The notes: a model not told the origin generated them from the letters alone. Shown: positions 26,534 through 36,575, counted from the first letter of the stretch. The stretch: 39,481 bases of DNA from Thermoplasmatota archaeon (GCA_041623215.1 JBFJXH010000003.1:1-39481), one strand, 5' to 3'. Made by a program: numbers and translations.

Positions 26534-28288
26534 TCACGCCAGGACAAGGAACACTCCCGCTGCAATGGCGACCATGGCGGTACTGTGGGGCAGGCCGAGG
26601 ACGACGCGCCCCGTACCCATCTTGCCGGCCACGATGCCGGTGCCGACGGCTTGGACGACCGCCGCTAGATAGTAGAATGTGCGATACTCCTCTTTGCTCG
26701 CTGCATCAATGTCGAGGCCCGGCGTGCCCGCCGTTGCCTCGGCGCTGGTGATAATCTGGGGAACGAATTGGCCGTACAGGATGGCTGTGACCACAAGAAA
26801 AACGCCGAACGTGATGTACAGAATCATGGTGTAAAGCGTCATGTTGACGCGCCGTTCATTCTCGAGGTTCTTGATTTCACGCGCGTCGCGCGCCGCCGCC
26901 AGAAGCACGTCGCTGGTGTTACCTCCGCTGCGGTCTGCTTCCAGAATCACGTGTACTGCGCGTCGAACGAGGGGCGTGGATACACGCGTCGCCAAGTCTG
27001 TGAGCGCATCACCGAAAGGAACGTCCCAACTCAGTTGCCGACTCATGTGGCGAATCTCGGGACTCAGGTCGCCGTAGTCACCTTGCGCGGCAACCTCGAC
27101 GGCATGGGGCAACGTCAGTCCACCTTGGTGGCTACTAGCCAAGTCACGAAGCAGGTCGGGGAAGCGCTCTTCCATGCGACGCACGCGGGCATATTCGCGG
27201 GCAGCGTAAGCGCCGTAGGGGCCGATGGCGACGATGAGGGCAAGGACGAAAAGATCCACGCTTGCCGTTGGGGCAAGCCAAGTGGGGCCCTTCTCGAGTC
27301 GAGCCAGCATGGCGAAAACGGCAATGGTGGTTGACAGCACCATGCTGACGGCAAGTAGGGTGGTGGCCGTCCGGTCCCTCGCCAAGCTCTGCGCCTGGTA
27401 CAACGGCATGTCGTCGTTGCGGCGCGCCAAGCGCCAAGCGGCAACCGACGCGCCCAGCATTGCCATCCCCGTCCCGATGGACAGCACCAGGAAAGCTGGG
27501 TCCGTGCTGCCGCGGAAGATTTGCAGGCGTTGGTTGCCGGCTACGAGAAACGCCAGGAAGCCGGCCAACAACAGGGCCAGGCCACCCAGGGTCGGCGCAA
27601 TCACTGACTTGCTGCGACTAAAGTAGGTCGCGCCGCCGTACACGTCGCGTTCGGCAGCCAGCAAAATGTAGAGGGTCGGAATGCTGCGGGCCAGAAACAG
27701 GTCCAAGGCCAGCAGCGTCACCGCGATGAGGATGAGTACGGGCGTATCCTTCATGCCGAGGCCTGTGCCGGGCACGCCCCGTCCCGTTGCCAACCAGGCA
27801 GCTAAGAATGCTAAGACGCCGACCAGCACCGCGAGAATCACGTGGCCGACTTGCGTGGCCGTGCTGCGGTGAACGGTCAGCGGCGCATGGAGGCTGTGCC
27901 AAAGCGCGTAGCCTCCGACCGCAACGAGAAGCAGACTTAGGACGTGGCTGAAGGCTGCGACTGTTTCCCTGCTGACCACGCGATCAATGGCGCCGGCCTC
28001 TAGCTCGATGGCTAGCACGATGGCCACGAGGCCCATGACCGTCAGGAAGTTGAGGACGACGCTGACGAGCTTGAGAACTTGCCAGCGATGGCGTTCCGCC
28101 TCACGGTCGGGGTCAGAAGGCACGCGGAGCTTTCGAGCGAGCATGGCGGCCAGGGCCACGAGGCCAATGCCCGCGGCTTGCAGAATCGGCGTCCAGCCCA
28201 GCCATTGCGTCCACGCCGCGCCCGTGCCCACCGCAAACATGAGTCCGCCGGAGAGCAAAACGAAGCTGGCTGCGCGCTGCCGGTTCAC
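26534..28288 (-). CDS. Type II secretion F / TadC-like pilus platform protein with large N-terminal multi-TM region
   Basis: EERFPDLLRDLA...GLTL...YGDLSPEI...SGG T2SSF signature in the C-terminal ~210 aa. Confidence 0.88.
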   Translation of the reverse strand: MNRQRAASFVLLSGGLMFAVGTGAAWTQWLGWTPILQAAGIGLVALAAMLARKLRVPSDPDREAERHRWQVLKLVSVVLNFLTVMGLVAIVLAIELEAGAIDRVVSRETVAAFSHVLSLLLVAVGGYALWHSLHAPLTVHRSTATQVGHVILAVLVGVLAFLAAWLATGRGVPGTGLGMKDTPVLILIAVTLLALDLFLARSIPTLYILLAAERDVYGGATYFSRSKSVIAPTLGGLALLLAGFLAFLVAGNQRLQIFRGSTDPAFLVLSIGTGMAMLGASVAAWRLARRNDDMPLYQAQSLARDRTATTLLAVSMVLSTTIAVFAMLARLEKGPTWLAPTASVDLFVLALIVAIGPYGAYAAREYARVRRMEERFPDLLRDLASSHQGGLTLPHAVEVAAQGDYGDLSPEIRHMSRQLSWDVPFGDALTDLATRVSTPLVRRAVHVILEADRSGGNTSDVLLAAARDAREIKNLENERRVNMTLYTMILYITFGVFLVVTAILYGQFVPQIITSAEATAGTPGLDIDAASKEEYRTFYYLAAVVQAVGTGIVAGKMGTGRVVLGLPHSTAMVAIAAGVFLVLA

Positions 28289-28289
28289 G

Positions 28290-29174
28290 TCAGGCCTCCG
28301 GAGTCATGACATGGATTGTGTAGGCAAAGCCGGCTTGTGCGGCGGGTAGCAGCAGCAAAATCATCATGTAGCCGATACGAAGGGCGTGGTCCGCGCTGCC
28401 TCCCAGCATGCCCATGACACTGAGGATGACGAGCAGGAATAGGGGGGCTGCGGCCACGACGACGACGAAGCTCTCGGCCAGAACGCCGAGGCTGTCCAGG
28501 AATTTTTTCTGGTCCTGGCGATTCTCGTACAGAAACTGGTCCGCCTTGCTGGCAAAGTATGCTTTCAGGTCGCCGCCACCGGTGAGCACGGTAACAACAC
28601 CTTGGAGCAGGTCTTGCCACTTGGCACTGGGGCTCCGGTCAATGCCCTTCCCCAGCGCCGTCAGCAAGTCGGCGCCCAGAAGGTCCATGTCGCGGACCAG
28701 CCAAGCAGCTTCCTGTGCGACTTCCCCGTAAATGTCCTGGCCTGACAAGCCACGTAGAATCGCATCGGGGCTGGCGCCGGCGGCCGCCATGGTGCTGACA
28801 TAGTTGAGCGCGTACGGTAGGCGCACGTCGATGTCACGCGCACGGCCACGGGCGCGAAGATCGGGCCAGAGGCGACCCAAGAAGTGGGCTGTGGTGGCCA
28901 TGACGAAAGGTAAGGGGACGAGAATAATCCAGGCGGCTGCTGGGCCTCCCAGGACGCCGGCTACCTGTAGGCCCACCAGCATGCCGAGCGCCAGAAGCCC
29001 CAGGCCGAGGGATATGAACACCAACAAGCGCAGCGTTGCCAGGTAAACTTCTGGGCGCAGCGTAATGTGGGCCCGTTCGAGGGCAATTCCTAGGTGGGGG
29101 TTGTCGGCGGCGGCGCGACGGCCGTGTCGCCCCAACACGCGGTAGGCGGTGCGGTGCAGGCCGTCCATGCTCAT
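28290..29174 (-). CDS. Type II secretion F / TadB-like pilus platform protein
   Basis: IDVRLPYALNYVSTMAAAG...YGEVAQE...SPS...GGDL signature. Confidence 0.9.
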   Translation of the reverse strand: MSMDGLHRTAYRVLGRHGRRAAADNPHLGIALERAHITLRPEVYLATLRLLVFISLGLGLLALGMLVGLQVAGVLGGPAAAWIILVPLPFVMATTAHFLGRLWPDLRARGRARDIDVRLPYALNYVSTMAAAGASPDAILRGLSGQDIYGEVAQEAAWLVRDMDLLGADLLTALGKGIDRSPSAKWQDLLQGVVTVLTGGGDLKAYFASKADQFLYENRQDQKKFLDSLGVLAESFVVVVAAAPLFLLVILSVMGMLGGSADHALRIGYMMILLLLPAAQAGFAYTIHVMTPEA

Positions 29175-31693
29175 GGGCCGCTTGCCTCCTCATCGTCGCC
29201 CGAGTCGCGTTTGCCTGTCTTCGCACCGCGTGCGAGCCGGTCGGCCAAGCCCTCCTGCGGCGTTTCGTCTTCGTCGGCGTCAGCGTCACTTGCGGCGCCC
29301 TGCCGGTCGGCGTCTGCTGGGTCTTCAACAGCCGTCCATTGGCTTGACGATTCGTCGCCCGGATTGATGACGGCATCAAGGCCTTCTAGCTCCGGCATAT
29401 CATCTCCGCCCCCGATTTCAATTTCGGATGATCGGGATGCCTGGTTGCTGCTGGCCGACTCGCCTCGGCCCCAAGGTTCGTCGCTTGCCAGCGGCGTTGC
29501 ATCGGGGTCTGCCGATTCCTCGGCACCAAGGATTTCCAGGACATCGGGCAAGGTTTCTTCCCCGTCGGCTTCGGGTGCCGGGCCGTCGGCTGCGCTCCAT
29601 GGCTTCTCCTCCGCATCGGGTACCGTAATCCACCCTCTGCGCACGTCGTCATCCGCCACAACTTCGTCCTCGCCGGTGGTTGCCTCGGACTCAGATTGCG
29701 GGGCGGCCGGCTTCTCCAATTGCGCCGGCGTCGCCGCCAGGCGGGCCGTCGAATCGAGTGGCGTTTCCAGGTCGCCGAGAGCCATTTGGAGCGCTTCGGA
29801 GGGGTCGTTGTAGTAGTGGTGCAGAACGGCAGCCACGTGGGGCAAGTCCGTGCGACCATTATTTCGGAGTGCTTCCAGCAGCTCGGCGCGCCGTTTCCAT
29901 TCGGCTTCCACTTCCGCCTCCGAATCGAGCGCGTGCTGGCGAACCCGGTCGAGCAAGTACGATTTGCCCATGAAGCGGTGCTCGTCGCCAGCAGGGTCCC
30001 ACTCAAAGACCGTGTTGGTCAGTAGGTCGCCCGTGTCCGGTTCGAAGCCAATGATTTCCGTCACCTCCGTGACGCGACGTTGAATGCGGCCACCAACACG
30101 CACTTGCCGCTGAATCGCCACCACGTCGAGGGTTTGCAACATCAGCCGAGGCACGTTGATGGGTTCGTTTTCCAAGCGGTAAACGGCGCTTGCCACGGAG
30201 TCGGCGTGCATGGTGCTGGCCACGGCGTGACCCGTTGCCATTGCCTGGAACAGTGTTTGGGCCTCGGCGCCACGAACCTCACCCACGAGCAGGTGCTCGG
30301 GACGCTGACGCAGAGCTGCTGCTAGCAAGTCGAACATGTCGACTGACCCGGCGCGCCGCCCGCGGGCATCGCGTGACCCAAACCCTGAGCGCGTGATGCC
30401 GGCAATCCAGTTTTCATGCCGGAGATTGATTTCCCTGGTGTCCTCAATGCTGATGACTTTGCGTTCGGGGGGAATGAACTGGCAGACCGCGTTTAGTGTG
30501 GTGGTCTTTCCACTAGCAGTGCCGCCCGCCATCAGCAGGCTGCCGCCTTGGTCCATGAGGAACCAAAACCACGCTGCCATTTTGTCCGTCCATGTCCCGA
30601 ACCGCATCAGATCGGGCGGCGTCATGGGTTCATCGCGGAAACGACGAATGGTGAAGCTACTGCCTCGACTCGTGACCTCTCGGCCTAGGGTGGCTTGCAA
30701 CCGCGACCCGTCCGGTAGGGTTGCATCCAACAGGGGGTCGGCAATACTGATGTGCTTGCCGCTGCGCTGGGCCATGCGAATCACGAACCGGTCGAGCCCG
30801 CGTTCTTCCTCGAAGATGACGTTGGTGGGAATGCTGGCATGCTTGCGGTGGTACAGGTACACAGGCACGCCGGGGCCATCGCAACTAATGTCCTCGATTT
30901 CGGGGTCCATCATCAACAAGTCAATGGGGCCGAAGCCGAGCAAATCACGCACGAGGTAGTAGCGAATGCGCTCTTCGGCAACGTCGTCCACGACGACGCT
31001 ATGATTGGTGATGGCCTGCGTGATTTCCTGGTGTAGCACTTCCTCGGCGTCCACATTGCTGGGGGGTTTGGCGGGCAAGGTGCGAACGAGTGTATCTCGC
31101 AGGAAGGCTAGCACTTCGCCTTCAAGAATCGTAAGTTGTGGCTCGTGGACCTCGTAGTGAAAACGGTCGCCCTGGGTGTCGCGCACGATGCGCACAGCGG
31201 CGTTGCCACCGCGCTCCATCCGCAGATGGTGTTCAACTTCGTGAACTTTCATCTCGGGGATGTCAAGCACGTTGCGGGTCGGGTCGAGGCCAAATTCATC
31301 AGCATGGTCCTGGACATGCTGGCGGTGTCGTTTGGCAGCGTCTTGGCGCCGGCGAACGGTCTTGGCCTCCCGCATCATGCGCTTGGCTTCACTTGCCATG
31401 CGCTTGGCTTCCCGCTCGGCTGACTCACGGCGGAGCTTGGCGATTTGGCGCGCCCATGCGGCGGTGCGCGCAGAACCCTCGCCGTCGTCTTCCATTGGTG
31501 GCAGGTCGTCTTCAATCGGCTCGGCATCGATGCTACTGCCGTTGGCCTTGCCGCCAGATCCGTTCGTCGTAGGGCCCCCAAGTCGCCGCGCCATGGGTCG
31601 CTTGTTGGCTGTGCCATCGCTCTTGCGTCGGCGCAGTTGCCGCGCGACAGCGCGCGTCGTCTGGCGTGATGGCTTAGCTCGGTCCGGCGTCAT
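29171..31693 (-). CDS. Type IV pilus assembly ATPase (PilB/TadA/VirB11 family)
   Basis: EDISCDG, GGTASGKTT, IEDTREI, LRQRPEHLLVGEVRG, TGH..TMHA. ATG 31693 lies 1 bp after the upstream stop. Confidence 0.95.
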   Translation of the reverse strand: MTPDRAKPSRQTTRAVARQLRRRKSDGTANKRPMARRLGGPTTNGSGGKANGSSIDAEPIEDDLPPMEDDGEGSARTAAWARQIAKLRRESAEREAKRMASEAKRMMREAKTVRRRQDAAKRHRQHVQDHADEFGLDPTRNVLDIPEMKVHEVEHHLRMERGGNAAVRIVRDTQGDRFHYEVHEPQLTILEGEVLAFLRDTLVRTLPAKPPSNVDAEEVLHQEITQAITNHSVVVDDVAEERIRYYLVRDLLGFGPIDLLMMDPEIEDISCDGPGVPVYLYHRKHASIPTNVIFEEERGLDRFVIRMAQRSGKHISIADPLLDATLPDGSRLQATLGREVTSRGSSFTIRRFRDEPMTPPDLMRFGTWTDKMAAWFWFLMDQGGSLLMAGGTASGKTTTLNAVCQFIPPERKVISIEDTREINLRHENWIAGITRSGFGSRDARGRRAGSVDMFDLLAAALRQRPEHLLVGEVRGAEAQTLFQAMATGHAVASTMHADSVASAVYRLENEPINVPRLMLQTLDVVAIQRQVRVGGRIQRRVTEVTEIIGFEPDTGDLLTNTVFEWDPAGDEHRFMGKSYLLDRVRQHALDSEAEVEAEWKRRAELLEALRNNGRTDLPHVAAVLHHYYNDPSEALQMALGDLETPLDSTARLAATPAQLEKPAAPQSESEATTGEDEVVADDDVRRGWITVPDAEEKPWSAADGPAPEADGEETLPDVLEILGAEESADPDATPLASDEPWGRGESASSNQASRSSEIEIGGGDDMPELEGLDAVINPGDESSSQWTAVEDPADADRQGAASDADADEDETPQEGLADRLARGAKTGKRDSGDDEEASGP

Positions 31694-31694
31694 G

Positions 31695-33080
31695 TTATGC
31701 CTCGAATCGAATCGCAACGTCGGTCGAAGCAATGGTCGCAGTCACGTCCAGCGCCGTCGAAGTGACCGCGGCGTCCGAACCGTAAATTGCGACCTTGCAC
31801 CAGCCGCTTCCCGTGGTCACAACGTACTCGCCAGATGTTGCGTCGAGGCCGCTGTTTCGTAGATGGTCGTTCCACCATGTGTTCCATGCCATGGGGTAGT
31901 TGGTGGTGAGGTTGATGATGAAGTGCGGGGCCAGGGCGCGTAGGGAGGTCCCTCCTTGACCTGAAAGTGTCGAGGTGACGACTCCCCCGCCGGACCTTGT
32001 CACCTCGTCACTGGCGATGCCAGGCATGTCGATGCGAAGCAGGGTGGTGGAGGGTCCCTTGCGAATGTCCACAGCTGGGCCCGACAACAAGACGGCACCA
32101 TCGTCCTGGACGGCTACGACGGCGCCGTGTTCAAGCATCAAATCTTGATCCGGCAACTGTTGGTGGTTGGCGTTCCAGATGACGCGGCCTGTTTGGGTTT
32201 CCAGCAGGAATGGAATGACGTCCTGGCCGCTCGAGCCCGACGGTGTCCCGGAACTGTGCTCAATGAAGGAAGCGGTGTAGGCACCGTTCCAACCACTCTG
32301 GGTGAATTGGAAGGACGCCGGTTTCTTCGCCGCCTGTACCACGGATTCAAACAGGGTTTCAGGGGACATGGCATTCACCCAGAACATACTCGGCATATCC
32401 TGCTGGAACCGGCTTTCCCCGTCGTCGTAGCGCACCACGCCATTGGCGTCAACGACGCGTGTCTTGAGCGCATAGCCCGAGGGGTAATCCTCCTTGTAAA
32501 CGGTGAGGCTGCCCGCGAAAGCGCCGGAAGAATCGATGACGGTCAGGGCGACATTGTCGCCGGCCGCGCCCGAGGCGGGGTCCGTTACGCGGATGCGCAG
32601 GTGCTGGAGTGTGCCGATGTTGCTAACATCGCTGGTGGTCGTAATGTTGGTCCAATTCTCCTCGATGCCTGCCAAATCTACACCGTCTCGCTGGATGACG
32701 AGCAAGCGGTCCGCCGACAACGCGGCGCCGCCTGTGCCAGGCACAATCTCCAATTCGGCCGACCGCACCTGGGCCTGGAACCAGCGGCCATCACTATCCA
32801 CGCCCAGTGCCACGGGCACGCTCACTGGCGCCGACCCGTTGTCGACCATCCGCACGAGAGCAGATGCCATGTCAATCATGTCGTCTTGGGCGATGTCGAG
32901 GCGGTCTGCTTCCTTGTCTTCGGTCCAATGAGGTACGAAGCGAATTTGCACCGTCACAATGGCCGTAATCATCAGGCCCACGAGCATGACGGCGCCAAGC
33001 ACAATGGTGACGCCTCGCTCATCGTCACGCAGATGGTGCGCCGACGTGGGTCGTCGGCGGCGTGAAACGGCACCCGTCAT
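31695..33080 (-). CDS. Large minor pilin / pilin-like protein
   Basis: Class III-like signal RDDERG|VTIVLGAVMLVGLMI, followed by VPHW...E; later LEHGAV and TNYPMAW motifs. Confidence 0.8.
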   Translation of the reverse strand: MTGAVSRRRRPTSAHHLRDDERGVTIVLGAVMLVGLMITAIVTVQIRFVPHWTEDKEADRLDIAQDDMIDMASALVRMVDNGSAPVSVPVALGVDSDGRWFQAQVRSAELEIVPGTGGAALSADRLLVIQRDGVDLAGIEENWTNITTTSDVSNIGTLQHLRIRVTDPASGAAGDNVALTVIDSSGAFAGSLTVYKEDYPSGYALKTRVVDANGVVRYDDGESRFQQDMPSMFWVNAMSPETLFESVVQAAKKPASFQFTQSGWNGAYTASFIEHSSGTPSGSSGQDVIPFLLETQTGRVIWNANHQQLPDQDLMLEHGAVVAVQDDGAVLLSGPAVDIRKGPSTTLLRIDMPGIASDEVTRSGGGVVTSTLSGQGGTSLRALAPHFIINLTTNYPMAWNTWWNDHLRNSGLDATSGEYVVTTGSGWCKVAIYGSDAAVTSTALDVTATIASTDVAIRFEA

Positions 33081-34684
33081 TCAATGCCTCCACTGGCCGG
33101 TGTGCCCACAACGGTAACGCCGGCGGGGAAGACCTTGGCCTTGCCATTGTTGTCGTCGAAGGTTGCGCCGTCCACGTAGATTGTATTGGTGGGAAGCGTT
33201 GCATGCAATTCCAGCTTCATGGCGGACGTGTAGACGCCGTTGCGGACATCCACGTCGCCGTTGGCGGTCAAGATGATGTCGCGCCCGCCGCTTGCAGTTG
33301 TTATGCTGGCGCCGCTGGCATCGATGCTGCTGGCCGAACTGGTGTAGAGAATGTCCGTCGTTCCCGCGCTGAGTGTGGCTGAGGTGGTACTGATGGTGCC
33401 AACTGCTGTCAGGCGCACACCTTGGCCAGCTTGCAGGGTCGCTTGATTGACGCTCATCGCGCCAAGCGTAGCATCCAGGTAGATGGTTCCCGTGACGGTC
33501 GTCATGGTTACACCGGGATCAACCGTGAGTTGACCCGTGGTGGCCGTGATGTCAATCTTGCTTGGATTGGTAGCGCCGACGATGAGGTCAGTCTGAACCG
33601 TCACGTTGGCGGCCGTTAGGGTTACGGATGCGCCGACGTTGACGGGACCGGACGACGGTGGTAACACCAAGCAGTTCGGTACAATCACGGTTGCTGCGGG
33701 GCCGGTCAGAAGCGCCTGGACGCTGACGTCGCCATCCACGACGTAGTACTTGCCGTCACAGTTGACGTCGTGGTAAGCGAAGCCAGGGTCAGCCTCGGGC
33801 ACGATGGCATCCACTAGTTCGTTACGGACCGTGGTCGTGCCGGGGTTGCCCATCAGGTCCTGGTGGCCAATCGCGTAGAATTGCAGGTTGCTGCCCGTGT
33901 GAAGGGCCCAAACGTGGACGGGGATGTTGGCCTTCCATGTGTTGCCGCCTTGGTTGACCATGCTCCCAAGGTCGGTCCAGGCAGGATTGCTGCCGTTGTT
34001 GATGCGGTACCAAAGGTGCGGGTCAACCGTTGTGTCCACGCCGCTGCAATCGTCAGCGAGCGTCAGCAGGACTTCGACGCCGCCCACCGTGAGCGTGGTT
34101 ACGTCCGTCGGATTTGTTTCCCACGAGCTGACCAGAGGTGGCGTGATGTCGCCCTTGCAGGCGGAGGATCCACTGAGGCCGGTGGAGGCCAAGAGCGCAC
34201 CGCCGGCATTGTTGCCTTGTAGCGTGAACGCTGTCGCCCTCACCTCACTATTGCTGCTAACAGAACGCGTGGTTTGCCACGATTCGCCAATACGCAATTG
34301 GCCGTCTGTAAATCCGTGATCGGCGGGTGTGTCGTGTTCCTCCGGCGCACCATCAACTTCAACCCGCAATCGAAGCCCTTCTGCGTCCACTGCTTCGCCG
34401 CCGAAGTGCCGCAGCGCAATGGACTCGTCACCGGTGCCCCAGGATCCGTCGTCGCCCGCCGACAGAAGCCAGCGAAGGTCGCTGTGCTGCGTGTCATCGG
34501 GTCCATCAAAGGAAAGCACCAGGAACCATAATCCAGCCATGGAAACGACCGTGATGGCAATGAGAAGTAGGTTGCCCACGATGTCGCTCGCCGCGGTTCG
34601 GTCGCGGCCCAGGCGTCGGCGGCGCGACGCGCGCGCGTTTCTGCGCGTGGTGGGCTTGCGGCTTGGCAGCGCAGCGAACTTCAT
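33077..34684 (-). CDS. Large pilin-like adhesin (Pilin_N, Ig-like domain, beta-solenoid repeats)
   Basis: RDRTA|ASDIVGNLLLIAITV; LRHFGGE...LRIGESW; Thr/Ser-rich beta repeats at the C-terminus. Confidence 0.82.
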   Translation of the reverse strand: MKFAALPSRKPTTRRNARASRRRRLGRDRTAASDIVGNLLLIAITVVSMAGLWFLVLSFDGPDDTQHSDLRWLLSAGDDGSWGTGDESIALRHFGGEAVDAEGLRLRVEVDGAPEEHDTPADHGFTDGQLRIGESWQTTRSVSSNSEVRATAFTLQGNNAGGALLASTGLSGSSACKGDITPPLVSSWETNPTDVTTLTVGGVEVLLTLADDCSGVDTTVDPHLWYRINNGSNPAWTDLGSMVNQGGNTWKANIPVHVWALHTGSNLQFYAIGHQDLMGNPGTTTVRNELVDAIVPEADPGFAYHDVNCDGKYYVVDGDVSVQALLTGPAATVIVPNCLVLPPSSGPVNVGASVTLTAANVTVQTDLIVGATNPSKIDITATTGQLTVDPGVTMTTVTGTIYLDATLGAMSVNQATLQAGQGVRLTAVGTISTTSATLSAGTTDILYTSSASSIDASGASITTASGGRDIILTANGDVDVRNGVYTSAMKLELHATLPTNTIYVDGATFDDNNGKAKVFPAGVTVVGTPASGGIE

Positions 34685-35418
34685 CGAATCCGCCCCGCTG
34701 CAAAGCTGCCGGTCACTTCAATGCCATTCGAGTGTAGCCTGTAGTCAACCCAACCGACCTGGAGCTTGAGCGCATGGCCCATGACGTGCACTTGCCGCTT
34801 GGTGTCCTGGTCGCGAAGCTCGATGCTGCCGTGCGCCAGGTGGCGAATGCCGGCTACGGCGGCGTCCCGGTGCATGCCCTTGTCTAACAGCAACACCGTC
34901 GCCGCTCCCGCGTGTCGGGCTCGGCCGAGAACGACGTGGAGGAATCGAAATAGGGCGTCGTCGCCAGCGTGGGCCGCCAGCGTGCTTACGGAGTCAAGGA
35001 TGAGAACGTGGTCGCGGAAATTGCCTTGCAACTCGCGTTGCACTTCGTTGATGGCCACCGCAATGCCGTTTAGGTCGCCCGCGCCATCAACGCTCTTGGT
35101 GCCCTCCTCGACGGGGGTTTCCAATGATGTGCTGACGGTATCAATATGCCACAGGAGGCCGGCCTGCATCCAGGCGGCCACAGCATCTTCGCCTACCAAT
35201 TCCCGCAACCGGTCGGTTGCCTCCACCGACGTTTCATGCGTGTGAAGCCAAACAACGGGCACCCCACGGCCAGCGGCGCCTGCCGCCGTCGTGCGAGCCA
35301 GCAGGCGTTTGCCAGCGAATCGGGGACCATAGAGCAGGGTGGTTCGCCGGACGGGCAGCCCGCCGCCGAGCAAGTCATCCAACCGGTCTGCCCCGGTCGG
35401 GTGCCGCTCGACGGTCAT
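34681..35418 (-). CDS. KaiC/RAD55-like RecA-fold ATPase, degenerate
   Basis: PTGADRLDDLLGGGLP; Walker A GPRFAGKR; LILDSVS; no KxR finger. Confidence 0.82.
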   Translation of the reverse strand: MTVERHPTGADRLDDLLGGGLPVRRTTLLYGPRFAGKRLLARTTAAGAAGRGVPVVWLHTHETSVEATDRLRELVGEDAVAAWMQAGLLWHIDTVSTSLETPVEEGTKSVDGAGDLNGIAVAINEVQRELQGNFRDHVLILDSVSTLAAHAGDDALFRFLHVVLGRARHAGAATVLLLDKGMHRDAAVAGIRHLAHGSIELRDQDTKRQVHVMGHALKLQVGWVDYRLHSNGIEVTGSFAAGRIR

Positions 35419-36575
35419 GCGGTTGGCCTCCGGGCAAGGATGCGGCCAAGCAGCCCCTGCAGTAGGGAACGGGCGCTATCGGCGTCGGTTGCGTCGAGAT
35501 GGACCACGGGCACATCGGCTCCCAGATCCAACGTCTGCGGCTCCGGAATCTTCGCCTTAGGGTCCTTCGTAATGCCAACCGTGCAGGAAAGACCGAGGTC
35601 CTTGATCCGACGGACATGGTCGCGTGCGTTTTCGATACCTTCCGGGTCAGCACCATCAATGAGAATTACGGCCGCCACCGCCTCGCGCAGGACCGGTTCC
35701 AACATGGGGGCAAAGCGCCGCTGGCCCGGGGCACCGTACAGGTCGGCGACAATGTCGTCCGTCGTGTAACGCCCGCGGTCAATGGCTACCGTGGTGCCGC
35801 CGCGCTCCGTGCCCACACTCTGCTGGCTGGCCGAGCGAACGAAGGTTGTTTTGCCGGCGTCGGGCGCGCCAACGACGACAATCTTGGGTACGTGAATCTG
35901 AACGCCGCCCGGCGGCCCCACGAGGATGGGATGCCAATGCGGTTGCGTGACGGGTTTGCCGTCTCGTCGTACGACGGCGGCCCTCAAACTGCGAAGGACG
36001 CCGCGCTCAATGCCCTCCATCGTGATGCCGGCGTCAAAGGTGACGTCCAGCATCGCCTCGTCCAATGGGTATGGCCAGGCGGTCCATGTGGCGCACGCGG
36101 CGGGATAGCGCGTGATTGCAGCCTGCAGGTCCGGCCACATGGCCGTGAAGGCGGTCGCGCCGGCACGGTCCACCAGCCCGCTGAGACTGTCCAGAAGCAA
36201 CATGGCGCCTGGATGCGCGTGCGCTACCTGCTGTAGCACAGCGGCAACAGCTGCGGGATTGCCGGGGTCGTGGACCAAGTGGTCGTTCTGTTCGAGTGCC
36301 GCGGGTCCGCTGCACGCATCAATGGTCACGATGCGGCCGCCGTCGAGGTGGATGCCTGTGCTTTCCGCGTGACGAAGGAAGCTCCGGGGAGCTGTGGTCG
36401 TGGTCATGAGAATGACGCGCTCACCCCGGTCCAGGGCGGCTCGCGCCATCCGGGCCAGCCAAACGCGGCCGTCCGTGCCGGGGTCATGGCGCACCAGGAC
36501 GCGCGCGGCGGCGGGGTCCCCGACGTCGAACGCCTGCGAGTTGGAAACGACCCGGTCAACACCCACTGTAATCAC
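35415..36575 (-). CDS. Fusion of an inactive KaiC-like domain and an MglA-like small GTPase
   Basis: N-part has LLLDSLS but no P-loop Lys. C-part has GAPDAGKTT, TTVAIDRG, LYGAPGQRRF and ITKD. Confidence 0.8.
   Translation of the reverse strand: MITVGVDRVVSNSQAFDVGDPAAARVLVRHDPGTDGRVWLARMARAALDRGERVILMTTTTAPRSFLRHAESTGIHLDGGRIVTIDACSGPAALEQNDHLVHDPGNPAAVAAVLQQVAHAHPGAMLLLDSLSGLVDRAGATAFTAMWPDLQAAITRYPAACATWTAWPYPLDEAMLDVTFDAGITMEGIERGVLRSLRAAVVRRDGKPVTQPHWHPILVGPPGGVQIHVPKIVVVGAPDAGKTTFVRSASQQSVGTERGGTTVAIDRGRYTTDDIVADLYGAPGQRRFAPMLEPVLREAVAAVILIDGADPEGIENARDHVRRIKDLGLSCTVGITKDPKAKIPEPQTLDLGADVPVVHLDATDADSARSLLQGLLGRILARRPTA

Noticed and set aside
26534-35418. Archaellum operon
   Set aside because: No archaellin or ArlF/G-like genes. 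There are two separate TadB/C-type proteins, and the pilins are of Pilin_N type.
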